DNA from: Girardia tigrina
Lineage: Eukaryota
DNA: 61,037 bases
Direction: 5' to 3'
NCBI GenBank assembly: GCA_001938485.1
Contig: MQRK01248113.1
Location: forward strand, 21,296 to 82,332
A program made the translations under genes and the position numbers. Position 1 is the first letter of the stretch. The number at the start of each line of letters is the position of its first letter. The notes under the pieces are model-generated. The model saw nothing but the letters and a program-made list of their open reading frames with translations. It was not told where the DNA came from and ran no database searches. Below are positions 25,160-37,581 of the stretch, piece by piece.

Positions 25160-26233
25160 GTACTTTATAGTTTAGTATTTAGGCAATTCTATATAATTTA
25201 TATTTTAATTATGTCAAGGCATTTTAAAAATTAAAAGAAATGTTGACAATAAAAATGATATTATTTACAATACAAAAACGATAATCAAAGGTATGACTGA
25301 AAAGCATTTAGATAAGGCAAATTAATTTACTTCTTTAAAACTAGAAAAATAACTGAAAGAAATAAAAATATTATAAATTTGACAGAAAAATAATTATTTA
25401 ATTTGTTTAAGAAAAAAAATTAAATTAATTAAAAAAGTAAATTTTGAAATTCAATAAAAGTTATTATTTCAATAAAATATTTAAAAACTTTCAAGAACAA
25501 TAATTTTATTTTATTTAAATAAAATAATAATTCCTATTTCAATTTGACATCTGAATGAAACGTTAATGATTGAGATACAAAAAACATCATATTTTTTAAA
25601 TATAATAATTGAAATATTCACAATAAAAACGGAATAATTACAATGAATTTTTTTGTAAAAAAATACTTCAAATATATTTTAAGACTTTAATCGAAAAGTT
25701 GAGATTTTATTTACTTTTCTTTTGTAAATTGAGATATTTAGGGGTTTGATGTATGAAAAGAAAAATATTTTAGACAAATTGAGGAAAAATACTTTCATTT
25801 GTTTTATTTTATTTTATTTTGAATCATTTTTCACATGATCGATTGTTATTCATATTAATAACTGTTATTATGGATGTTTCTTTTGAAATTATATTCGGTG
25901 TATAAAACTATTTTTCAACTAATTTAAGATCGAAATTTCATCCTTTTGACTGTTGTCGAATTTATCAAAAAGTACTATCAGATCATCTACACTATTTTAT
26001 TAACAACTAAATGTTTAACTTATAGTTAAAAATATTATTTCTTTCCAGGCTTATTTGAATAAGTATGTATCACTAATAGATAATACAAATCACGATTATA
26101 TTTATTATGTACAAAATGTATTTTAAGTTAGAATAATGGTAGAAGATCCACTAAAACCTTAATGATCTAAGTAGATTAAAAAATAAAATTATCAATAAAT
26201 AATGACAATTAACATGTATGACGCCTATATGTA

Positions 26234-27462
26234 TACCACGTTGAGTCAAAAGTTATTCATATTTTCGTGCGACTATTATATTTACAAAAAAATTTACAAC
26301 ACTTATTATATAGTCCATCATTTTTAATGACTGGGCCATTATTCTGCGCATCGATCAATCCCATGGCGATATCCTGCGTTAGTCTCAGAGGAAAAAAATT
26401 CCGCGATTCCAGTTTAGATCTATTCCACTGAACCAAAGCGCCTCCATTGTATGAAGTGGAAGAAAGACCGAATTAGATGATAATCAAAAGGGGCAAGGTT
26501 CGAGCTATACGCTGAGTAGGGAATGACTTCGATGCCTTATATTTCATAATTTTTTGCTTTATCCTTCGTGATATATGAGCTGGAGCAAAGTCATGCTGTA
26601 TGATTCAACAATCTTGGGTAGTTAGAGCACAAAACATCCTAGACTCGCTGTAATTGTTCAGCATAAAGGTTACCATTGTGGCTCGACTATCAGGAACAAG
26701 TGCGTTCCAAGTGCGCAGGCCCCTCGTAATTCTACCCAACAGTTGTGATCTTGATAAACAACTTACTGAGTTGTTTGATCATGCTTAATCCATTGCTTAC
26801 CTCCACTAGAATTACTGAAGAAAATCCACTTTTCATCTTCTATAATAATTTGCTTCCAAAAAAGGTTGTCTCTAGGATTATCGAATAGTTCGCTGCAAAG
26901 ATCTATTCGATGATAGGCTAGAATATTTGTTAATTCATGGGAAACTCGGAGTGGATTTTTATTTACAAAACCTAAGTTAGGCAGATGACAAATAATGGTG
27001 CTTTGAGGATGGCTGAGCTCCTCGGACAGCCTGCGGGTGCTAATACAGGGCTGTTGGTCAACCAGGACACCAAAACTAATGGTCGACCTAAACGTTTCTG
27101 ATCTTCACAACTGATATCTCCATGATCAAAACGATAAAACCACCACTGATCTGTATTTTAGTTGAGAACATTTTTGTCTTCCTGGTGCATATTTCTCAAA
27201 TCGCAGCTGCTGCTGTTAAGCCTTTTTTCAAATCATGTCAAAATAAAACACGAATTACTGTTTATTCTTCAATCGTTCTAAAATGTAAAAGATAAGAGTA
27301 TAAAGTTTAAAGATTTAACTTTTAAAATGTAATTTGATTTACCTTTTTATGAGCTTTAAAATGATATAAAATGTTGTGTATAAATTTTAGACCTAACTGA
27401 TCTGGTAAAACAATAACTTTAATCCACTTAAAAACATGAATAACTTTCGACTCAACCTGGTA
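26234..27462 (-). mobile_element. Near full-length degenerate mariner
   Basis: TIRs TACCA.GTTGAGTC.AAAGTTATTCAT with TA TSD; DEKWI, QHDFAP and YSSNLAPFDYHL remnants on the minus strand. Confidence 0.9.
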
Positions 27463-27737
27463 TATAATATTTAGATTTTAGTACTAAATGCAAGTATCAT
27501 TTTAGAAATTAAAATTTAGAAAAATTAAAAAATATTCACATAGATATAGATACTTATAAAAAGAGTAAAAGAAAATATGAAAATAATTTCCTACAGAATG
27601 CTTGATGCAAATTATAATGTTTTGAAAAGATAAAATTTTATAAACCTTTAACATGCTCAAATCATTATACAGATATTACATTACATATAGCAATTCAATT
27701 ATATTTCCAGTCAAATATGATATTAAAATTCATAAAA

Positions 27738-28727
27738 TTGGGTTGGCCAAAAAGTCATTGCGTTTTTCAGTACGTCCTAATAAAACGCTTGAAAATATAA
27801 AACGATTTTAAAATTTAAATTCAATTATATATTCGGAAACCTTAATTTTCAGATTATGTTTATACAAAATATTAATTGATTTTGTTTTAATTTATTACTT
27901 TACCATCAATTCGAAATGGAAAATCAAAATGAGCATATTCGTCATGTTTTGTCGCATTATTTTCGCAAAGGGAAAACCGCTGTGCAAGCTCAAAGGAAGA
28001 TATGTTTTGTATATGGTAGTGACTCCTTAAAACTTCGACAGTGTCAATACTGGTTTTCTAAATTTCGTTCTGAAAAATTTCATCTGAAAGATGCACCACG
28101 CTCCGGTCGACCAGTTGAAGTTGATGGCGACAAAATAACAGCACTGATCAAATCTAATCCACATATGAGGACAAGAGAAGTTGCAGAGACTCTAGAAATA
28201 TCAAAATCAAGTGTTGAAAGTCATTTAAAAAAACTTGGCTTCGTCAGTAAACTCGATATGTGGTTACCACATGAAGTGAAAGGAATTCATTTAATGAAAC
28301 GTATAGACATTTGCGATTCCCTTTTGAAGCGAGAACAAAGTGATCCATTTTTGAAGCGCTTGATTACGGGTGACGAAAAATGGATTGTTTACAACAATGT
28401 GGAACGCCGACGATCATGGACAAAACGTGGTGAGTCTGCCAAAACGATCCCAAAAGCAGAAATTCACCAAAAGAAGGTTATGCTTTCCGTCTGGTGGGAT
28501 ATTAAAGGAATTGTGATTTTTGAACTCCTTCCGAGGAATGAAACCATCAATTCAGGCAGATATTGTGGTCAGATGGAGAAATTGACTCATTCAATTCAAC
28601 AGGAACGTCCTGAATTGGCAAATCGAAAAGGAGTTGCAATTCAGCATGATAATGCAAGACCGCATACAAGTTTGACCACTCGCCAGAAACTCAAGTAAAA
28701 AACGCAATGACCTTTTGGCCAAACTAA
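27738..28727 (+). mobile_element. Mariner (mellifera-like), 3' internal deletion
   Basis: TIRs TTGGGTTGGCCAAAAAGTCATTGCG; the ORF jumps from RQKL directly to the right TIR. Confidence 0.95.
27916..28698 (+). CDS. Truncated mariner transposase (lacks YSPDL and the third Asp)
   Basis: MENQNEHIRH..., WLPHE, TGDEKW, HDNARPH. Confidence 0.9.
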   Translation: MENQNEHIRHVLSHYFRKGKTAVQAQRKICFVYGSDSLKLRQCQYWFSKFRSEKFHLKDAPRSGRPVEVDGDKITALIKSNPHMRTREVAETLEISKSSVESHLKKLGFVSKLDMWLPHEVKGIHLMKRIDICDSLLKREQSDPFLKRLITGDEKWIVYNNVERRRSWTKRGESAKTIPKAEIHQKKVMLSVWWDIKGIVIFELLPRNETINSGRYCGQMEKLTHSIQQERPELANRKGVAIQHDNARPHTSLTTRQKLK

Positions 28728-29460
28728 TAGAATCGTATCTTATTATGGACTAATTATTATTTTTAAAGGATGAATTATAGAGATATGAGCTCTCAGACTT
28801 GTCTTTTTGTTTTGTTTATAAAATTCCTAAATGAAGGTTCTTATTTTCCTTTATGATGACAAAAATATTATAAAAATTAATTGTTCACTCTTTATTATTG
28901 TTTTAATTACCAAAGGAAATCTTTAAAATTATGTATTAAACATAATTAATTAATATATAATATATAAATAAAGTAAAAATTTATTATTATACACTCTAAT
29001 TGATAAAATAATAAAATAAAATTCAACAATAATTATAAAATGGCGTAAAAATAATAAAGTTTATAAATAAATAAATTATGTATTTTGTTCATATAAACAA
29101 AGTGTCATTAGATTAATAATTATTAATAATTAGATGATTTTGTTGATAAATAAAGTGCCATCAGAATAATTAACATCCAATCTTTATCTGTATATTATTA
29201 AAGTTCCCATCAGAATATAGGAATAAACCTACTGAAGGAAGATGATTTTATCTTCACATTTGTATCCGTATCAATTACCGAAATTTTCATCTACAAACGA
29301 TAATACTGAAAGGATTCTTGTTTACATTCACTCAATTCCTTTTATGTATTATCATTTTTATGGAACAAATTTATGTTTGTTTTAATAAAATTTTAAACAT
29401 TCAAAATTCAGAAGAATAACGAAAATTAATATTTTATTTATTTGTTTATTGTTATTTATT

Positions 29461-30733
29461 TTAGGTTGTTTAAAAAATAATGTCGTTTTTTGAATGGTCC
29501 TGATGTTTGATCATGTTTTGAAATAAATCTTTATCATTTATTTATGTTTTATACATAATTTTAAAGCTTATGAAAAAAATATATATTTCTATGATACTTT
29601 GTTTAAATATTAACTTTAAAATAACGTGTTTATTTAAATAGTTGTAAATATGCAAAAAGCGCAATTACGAGCAATTTTTATATGAATTCAAACTTGGCCA
29701 CAAAGCATCGGAGGCCGCCCGTAATATCAAAGGTGCATTGGGCGTTGGAACCACAAACGAACGTATGTTACAACGTTGGTTCAAAAAATTTCAAGAAGGA
29801 GATGAAACTCTGAAAGATGATGATGGCCGTGGACGGAAACCTGTTATTGAAAATGAAAATTTGAAGGCTCTAGTAGAAGCAAATCCACGCACAACAGTTC
29901 GAGACATTGCGGAGGAATTAGATGTCACGATAGGAACAATTTCAAACATCTGCGTGACATTGGGAAGTCGAAAAAACTGGATAAATGGATTTCATACGAA
30001 TTAAATGACAATAAAAAAATGCGTCATTTTGAGGCATCGTCTTCACTTCTTCTGCGGAACAAGAAAGATCCGTTTCTGGACCGAAATGCTTAAAAGTGGA
30101 TTCTCTACGACAAACGGAGACGTTCTTCTCAATGGTTGGACCACGATCAAGCTCCGCAATTCTTTCCTAGGCCAAGATTGTACCCAAAATATGATGGTGA
30201 CTGTTTGGTGGTCTGTAACCGGTATTAATCATAATAGCTTCTTAAATTCACAAAAAAACAATTACGGTAGAGAGATACGGTCAGGAAATTGTCAAAATGA
30301 ACCAGAAACTCCAACCACAACAACCAGCATTATTCAATAAGAAGGGGCCTATTCTTCTCCACAACAACGCTCGGCCAAACATCGCACGTCTGACAATGCA
30401 ACTGTTGAACGAACTTGGCTACGAAACTTTGAGTCATCCACCATAATCGCCTGACCTCTCGCCTACTGATTATCACTTTTTCAAACATCTTGACATTTTC
30501 CTCTAGGCGAAATACTTCAAAAATCAAGGGGATGCTAAAACTGTCTTCAATGATTTCATCGCCTCCAGAAAGTCAGAATTTTATGCAACCGGAATAAATA
30601 AACTTGTGCAACGTTGGCAAAAGTGTATTGATGCTAACGGTTTCTATGTCGATTAATAAAGTTGATTCTGCGCTGAGATATTTATCTTTAAAGATTAAAG
30701 TTAAAAAACAACATTATTTTTTAAACAACCTAA
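29461..30733 (+). mobile_element. Full-length frameshifted mariner (cecropia/Hsmar1-like)
   Basis: TIRs TTAGGTTGTTTAAAAAATAATGT; YEFKLGHKASEAARNI, QRWFKKF, HNNARP, HPP*SPDLSPTDYH. Confidence 0.92.
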
Positions 30734-31794
30734 TATTATTTATGTTTCTATAAGTAGATGAAGTAATAAGATGTTATTTGTAATTATTCTCAGTTAAAAG
30801 AATTAAAATTTATATTATAAATATATATTGTAGTTTCCGTAAAATTAATTATGTTTCCTATATAATTATAATCACAATTATAATAAATAGAATAATTAAC
30901 ATTAGAAAATGTTTCATTACTTTGAATTTTACAGTTTACTTTTAGGAGATTTTTTTTGTTCAATCGATTGTTACTTTTAAAATCTTTCATAGAGAGAAGA
31001 TTAAGTATCAAAAACTATTTATTCCTTTATTTTTATTTCCTTTATGTAAATAATATAACAACAAAAACATCGTACTTTAATAAAAAAATAATAAATTTTG
31101 CTGTGCAAGTCAATTAAAACAAAAATGAATAACATTATTTGATTAATTTGTTTTCATTATATTGAAAACCGGAAGACATCATCTTCAGTTGTTCGTTCGT
31201 CTGTTTGTTTAAAATATTATTGGGAAAAATAAACTTCTCAAAAATAAAACTGGATTTTTATGTTTACTTTTGTCATTAAAAAGATCACTTTAATGAGTCA
31301 TTTGATTTTTGGTGTTTTTATTTTTTATTCTCAAACTGATTTACAGCTTGAATATTAAATAATGTACCAAAGAAAATTGTAATGATTATTTTTTGTCAAA
31401 ATAATTAATAAAAAAATATTAGACAAGAAAATCTTTCTATCAATTTGGTAATTAGAAATTTTCTTTTTAATTATATTTTCCGTTTTTAAAATTTTTAAAT
31501 TATAATTATTCAATTAGATTTTTATAATGTTCAAAGAATATAATATTATAAAATAAAATATAATATGATATAAAATAATATAATATATTTTTTATAGTAT
31601 AATAGTATATTGTAATATGATTTAAAAAGAAATCCAATTTCTATGTATTAGGTTCGTGATTAAAATTGGAATTCATAATTTGTAAACTTTATTTCTATTA
31701 CAATTTTCATTATTGAAACAAAATTTATGAGGAACAATATTCCGATTACATAATCCAGATCTAAAAATTCTAAATAGAAATAATAAAATTGATG

Positions 31795-31833
<39 letters not shown>

Positions 31834-34377
31834 TATTTTTTCAATTTTACATAAATCTTATTTTGTTTCTGTTTTATTATTTTTTTACAAAGTTTATAAA
31901 TTTAAATCTTTAAAAATATTTTAATGGACATATCCTGCAACAAATTCACNNNNNNNNNNNNNNNNNNNNNNNNNNNNNNNNNNNNNNNNNNNNNNNNNNG
32001 TTTCTGTTTTATTATTTTTTTACAAAGTTTATAAATTTAAATCTTTAAAAATATTTTAATGGACATATCCTGCAACAAATTCACATCCTAAATATTTTTC
32101 TTTGATTTTTAAATCTTTGAATTGTAAATTATTTTTAATAAAAAATCTTTTATTTGTTCTTAATAAAAATCGCAATCTTTTTAAAGTTTATTTTCTGTTA
32201 AGTAATATTACTTTTAGTTTTTTAAAATTTATTTTACTTAATCTTGATTAAAAAAGTATTATGAAAAGAAAATTTATAAATCCTATAGCCTAATTTATTT
32301 TATTTGAGAATAAGATTTTCATATTACGATTTTAAACATTTCAACAACTTTCTTTAAAAAATTAAATCATTAAGTTTTTTTTGGACAAAAATATTTTGTT
32401 CTTTAAAAATTAAAAAACGAAATAAAACTTATAACGCCAATTAAATTCAATAACATTATGATTTTAAATAGTAATACAAAATATATGAAAATCTTCTTTA
32501 TAATATTCCTTAACTTCGAAAATGATATTTTAATTGTGAATTTTTAAAACTTAATTTTTATAAAAAAATTGTCTCAATTTAATTAAAATATTATCATTAC
32601 TCTAAAATTTTTACAAAACTTATTTCATTTTAATTAGTAATATACTATCTGTGAAATATTTTACAAAATTATTTCAATTTAATTGGTAGAAATGCTACCT
32701 ATAAAATATATTTTATAAAACCTTATTTATTTTAATTAGTAAAAAATATTATCTATAAACTTAAATTTTTATTTAAAGATTATTTCATTAAAATTAATTT
32801 ATCTAAAATATAAATATGATTTTTAAAAAATATCAAAAATTTAAAGTTCACCAAAATTAAAAGTTCACTATGTATTTTTAGAATTTTAGATGACGCCATT
32901 TTAAAACACAATTTTTTATTAGAGCAATATTTCGACGGAAAATAAAACGCTTATCAATCTAAGAAATTTTTTTGGTGTTTGTAATTTTAATGTGGATAAT
33001 ACTATATTGAATTTAAGCAATGTTATTTTATCGAAAGAGGAAATAGATTTATTAAAATTTGGACCAAAACATGGAATTCGCAGAAAAAATTCATTACATT
33101 GAAATTTCAAGCTTCAATTGAATCCATGTGTAATTTTTATTCAAATATTCCAGTATTAAATTTGTATTTTCATTATTTTAAAAACACGCTTTTTAAAAAT
33201 TCATCAGAATATTTAAACAAAAATAAAAACAAAACCATGATGATTTTAAATTTTTTAAAAAAACTTATATAGGAAAGATATTAGTGTTTGCAGATTTGAT
33301 AAGGGGAATGCATTAGTGGTTTTAAATAAAATAGATGATTTAAATAAACTTGAGTTAGTTTGAAATGGTTTACAATTTCAGAAGATTGATAAATTTCATA
33401 AAATTGTAAACTTCCGCCTTTAAAGATTATGATTTTCTCTGTTTATTGCTAAATAAATTAATTAAAGATGGTCTTTGTAAATATGGTTGAAAAGATAGTA
33501 AAAGACTTGCGTCCAATAGACTCTCAGTCGGTGAAACGTTATGGATTACCTAAAGTTCACTAGGATGGTATCCCTATGAGACCTGTCTTATCTATGATCC
33601 GCACTTCTCAATATAATGTTTCAAAGTTTCTCGATCATTGAAAAAGTTGTTTTCTTCGGAATTTTAATGCTGTGACAGTTTTGAATTTGCTGAATTCATT
33701 GCTAACTTTCCTTCAAATAATAATAAAAATGAATTTATTATTTCTTTTGATATTGCGAGTTTATTTACGAACGTTCCTTTGTCTGAGATAATTAACATGT
33801 TTGTGAAATCTGGAAAAAATAATATAAATCTTCAAAAAAGATTTAGATGAGGTAGTGTTTTGGAAATTATTGACTTTTGCAACATACAATACTCATTTTC
33901 TTTCCAGAGATTGTTAGTATAAGCAAATTAAGGATGTGGCCATGTGATCCCCATAGCACCAACACTTGCTTCGATTTTCCAGTGTAGAATTCAATAGAGG
34001 ATCAATCTTTTCACTGGAGCTAAACCTTTAGTCTATAAGCGTTATGTTGATGATATATTTCTATTATTTTTTGAGAAAGATCACATGTCTCGTTTTTTGG
34101 AATATTTGAATTCCTGATTACAACCATATATTTCAAAACAATTCAAATTTTCTATTCTAAGATCAATGAATACAATGAATTTGAATTTAAAATCGTATCA
34201 AAAACATATAAAATGCAGAATAACTTCAGTAATAAATCGAAAACTCCTTTGAGTTTATGCTCGGATCTTGTGTATAAATTTGAGTGTAATGGGTGCAATA
34301 CCACATACATTGGAGAGACAGTCCATCATCTCTGTAAACGGCTTCGTGAGCATGGATATCTAAGTGGTAGTAGTAAT

Positions 34378-35446
34378 TGTATTACCCTACTTATTTTTGT
34401 TGTTTTTTTGTTTGTGACGTGTGTATGTGTGAAGGAAGAGTAAACGACTCTCATCTTTTCAGTTATGTAATTACTTGATCATTATTTTGACCTTATGTAA
34501 TTCATATTTTTTATTTTTTTTATGTTTTTATATTTTTGTTTTTATATTTTTATTCATGCGTTAAAAAAATTTATTTTTTTTAACCAGTTTGATAAAATAC
34601 TGTTTTTAATGATAAAAGAGATTTATCATCGACAATAATTCAGTTCAAAATTCTTGCTGAAATGAATGGGAAAATGCCTTGTTACGTTGGGTTCAGTGCT
34701 TGTACTAAATTAGGTTATCAATGGTTTTTGGCAACTGACATGAATTCTAAAACGTATCTTACTGATAAATTTATTTACCAACGTATTCATCAACAATGGA
34801 AAGCATTTAGAACAATAGAAAACCATTCTTTTAATGTGACAATGCAGACGGATACATCTAATGAAAAGGGTTTTTCTTAGCAACTTTCAAGCTCAATTCG
34901 TGTGGCCAAATATAATATCTGGGACTTCTAAGACTGTCAAATTCCCACTCACTCAAATCGGCAGTATTATTATTATACATTATTATTGTGAATGATTTAA
35001 AATTATTTGAATACAAATTCAAAAATTAAAATCGATCACAAATAAACGATAATAATATTTTGACGACTGAATAGCTGCCAAGACAGCCACTTTCCTCATA
35101 AAATCTATTCGAACAATTTTTAAACGGTTGACGAAACAACGACAGTTACCGACGAATTCTTTGAGCTTTTTGACAATTATTAATCGGTTTACCAATCAAC
35201 GACATTTACCGACGATTATTTGAGCACTGTATTTATTATTTGTATTGTAACGGTTAATTTAATTTATTGGTTAATCTAGTTATCTTATTTTTAATAATTT
35301 CGATTTAATAATTTCGGTTTACCTACAACTGTTGTTGGTGGAGCGGAATTATTGTATCTATATTTGAAACCCTACATTCTTGTTAGAGATAATAATTTCG
35401 GTTTACCTGCAACTATTGTTGGTGGAGCGAGGTTGTTGTATCTACA
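34378..35446. mobile_element. Solo LTR inserted in the PLE endonuclease domain
   Basis: TGTA...TACA termini and 5-bp TSD GTAAT; the uninterrupted homologous site is visible at about 2190-2225. Confidence 0.8.
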
Positions 35447-35702
35447 GTAATATTGCTGAACATAAAAAACATTGTAAAATCATCCGTTGATATAAATAAT
35501 TTTAAAGTTCTATGCAGCAATTTTAAAAATTATTGGGAAAGAATCTCGTGTGAGGCATTAATAATTAAAGCGGTTAATCCAGAAATTAATGTTCAATCAA
35601 GTGACACAAACTTTATTTAAAGGTTTTGTGTGAAACAGTGATTACACAATTAATTGTGTAATCACCATTTTAACATAAATAAGCTTAACAGCTATAATCA
35701 GA

Positions 35703-35745
35703 ATCGCCTGATGATGACGGACATTCCGTCGAAATATATTGCATC
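35703..35745 (+). ncRNA. Minimal type I hammerhead ribozyme in PLE pLTR (intact core)
   Basis: GC-CTGATGA-T-GACGGA-CAT-TCCGTC-GAAA-TATA-TT-GC; palindromic short stem III. Confidence 0.8.
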
Positions 35746-35789
35746 AATGAAATTATCAATTAATAATAATAATAATAATGTAATCATTA

Positions 35790-36417
35790 ATAACAGTGTG
35801 GGTGGCGCAGTGGTGGGACTGCGGTGGATTGGTGAAGGTGGCGACTCTATTGACAGAGGGGAAGAACAAAATAATATCTCACCCGGAAAAAGAGGAAATA
35901 AAATAGAGTCATTTTTTTTGATTTTTAAGGTCATTAAATTCCGTGCCCTATTTATTATTCTACACAGGTTTAAAACCTGCTTACGGTCAACTATGGTAGA
36001 GAATAGACTGAATGGCCTTTGCAAGATGAGTGTCCAACGTCATATAATAGACGAAATACAAGAACAATATTTTATAAATGTTCTTAATCGGTTTGCGTTA
36101 GAAAAGAGAAGGTTGCAATTTCTTTTCACAGAATAATTTGTGGCTCTAAGTAAAACACTTTTGAAAAAAATGCGTGTTCTGATATATATCAATTTGAATA
36201 TTTTCTTTTTAATGTTGTGTATTGTGTAAGCTGTGGTTTATTAATGTGATTTACACTTTTATGATTTCGAAATTGATGAGAAGGAAAATAAATAAATTGC
36301 TATTTTAAAAAAATTCTACCCAGTAGAATTTTAAAAATTTGCCCCCCCTAGAAAAATTTTACCTAGGAAAAGTTTTAATTTTTCCACCCATTGGAAAAAA
36401 TTTTGCGGGTGCCTATG
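35790..36417 (+). mobile_element. hAT transposon 3' fragment
   Basis: RFKTCLRSTMVENRLNGL...FALEKRRLQF (hAT dimerisation-domain-like); terminal TGCGGGTGCCTATG. Confidence 0.75.
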
Positions 36418-37039
36418 CGTTAGTTTACTCTATTTCTTTATTATTTGTGACATTATGTTTACAAATTAAAAAATAAAATCTAAAAATTTGCAATTTTACA
36501 AGGTATAATAGGTAAATTGTTGTAATTTGACTTTTTAAAAACATCTTAGTGTCAAGTACTAGAAACAACAATTATTTACTTGCAGGCATTGCTCTTCAAG
36601 ATGGACTTCCTTGAAATATTATTATGTTTAAGGATCTCATTTGAATATGTTGCGTAACATTTTACTATGGGAGGAGAGAATTTCGTCAAACAGTTTACAA
36701 TTCCACCATATTCTAAAATAGAATTTTATATTATTATTTCCGATAAAAACTAAAACATTTACCCTCGTAAATATATTTGTAGCGACACATGGACAAAATC
36801 GATACCACGTCAAAGTCAATATCATCGATCACTTCTGAAAAATGACACTTGCTTTGGTTTATTTTTTCCAAACATTTGGGATATTTTTCAGCAGAACTTA
36901 AGAAATATTTTTTTCCATTTAATAGTTATATTAATAACATAGTTTAATTTGTTTGTCATTTTCTCACAAATATAATTGAGATTTTAAATAATATGTTAGT
37001 AAAATAATTAAATAATAAATTAAGGAATTCAAGTAAACA

Positions 37040-37100
37040 TTTAAAGTACATTAAAAGTACATTAAAGTACATTAAAAGTACATTAAAGTACAATTAAAGT
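37040..37100. repeat. Short tandem repeat (TACATTAAA(A)G) x about 5
   Basis: Directly visible. Confidence 0.85.
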
Positions 37101-37581
37101 AGTATTAAATTTTAAGACAATATTACAGTAAAAAATTTTAAATATTAAGTAAATTTTAGAAAAAAACATTTATTAAAAATAAGAAAACTTAATTTAAAAA
37201 AGAGCATAAAAATTAAAAAAGTTCTGAAAGTCATATAAAAACAAATAATTTAAAAATAGAAATGTACATAAAATTAAAAGAATTATAAAGTTTTCAATAT
37301 TATCAAAAGGAAAATGAAAATTTCGTTTAAAATGTTTTATAAATAAAATCATTTTTTTGAGTGGATTACATGTTGTGCTAAGAGGTTATTATGAAGTGGC
37401 AATGCATTTTCAATCTTCTTTTTCCATTCTTTTTATTAGCTTACTTTATATATATATATATNNNNNNNNNNNNNNNNNNNNNNNNNNNNNNNNNNNNNNN
37501 NNNNNNNNNNNNNNNNNNNNNNNNNNNNNNNNNNNNNNNNNNNNNNNNNNNNNNNNNNNNNNNNNNATATATATATATAAG

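Larger units (their letters stand above)
32875..35760 (+). mobile_element. Penelope-like element (RT + GIY-YIG, disrupted) with inverted 5' pLTR fragment and 3' pLTR
   Basis: DKGNALVV, YGLPKVH, SFDIASLFTNVP, VAM*SP, YKRYVDDIF, LVYKFEC..C...YIGET; inverted pLTR piece at 32875-32940. Confidence 0.92.

Noticed and set aside
31865-32084. 85-bp exact direct repeat
   Set aside because: The two copies flank a 50-N gap exactly, so this is most likely unmerged overlapping contig ends.
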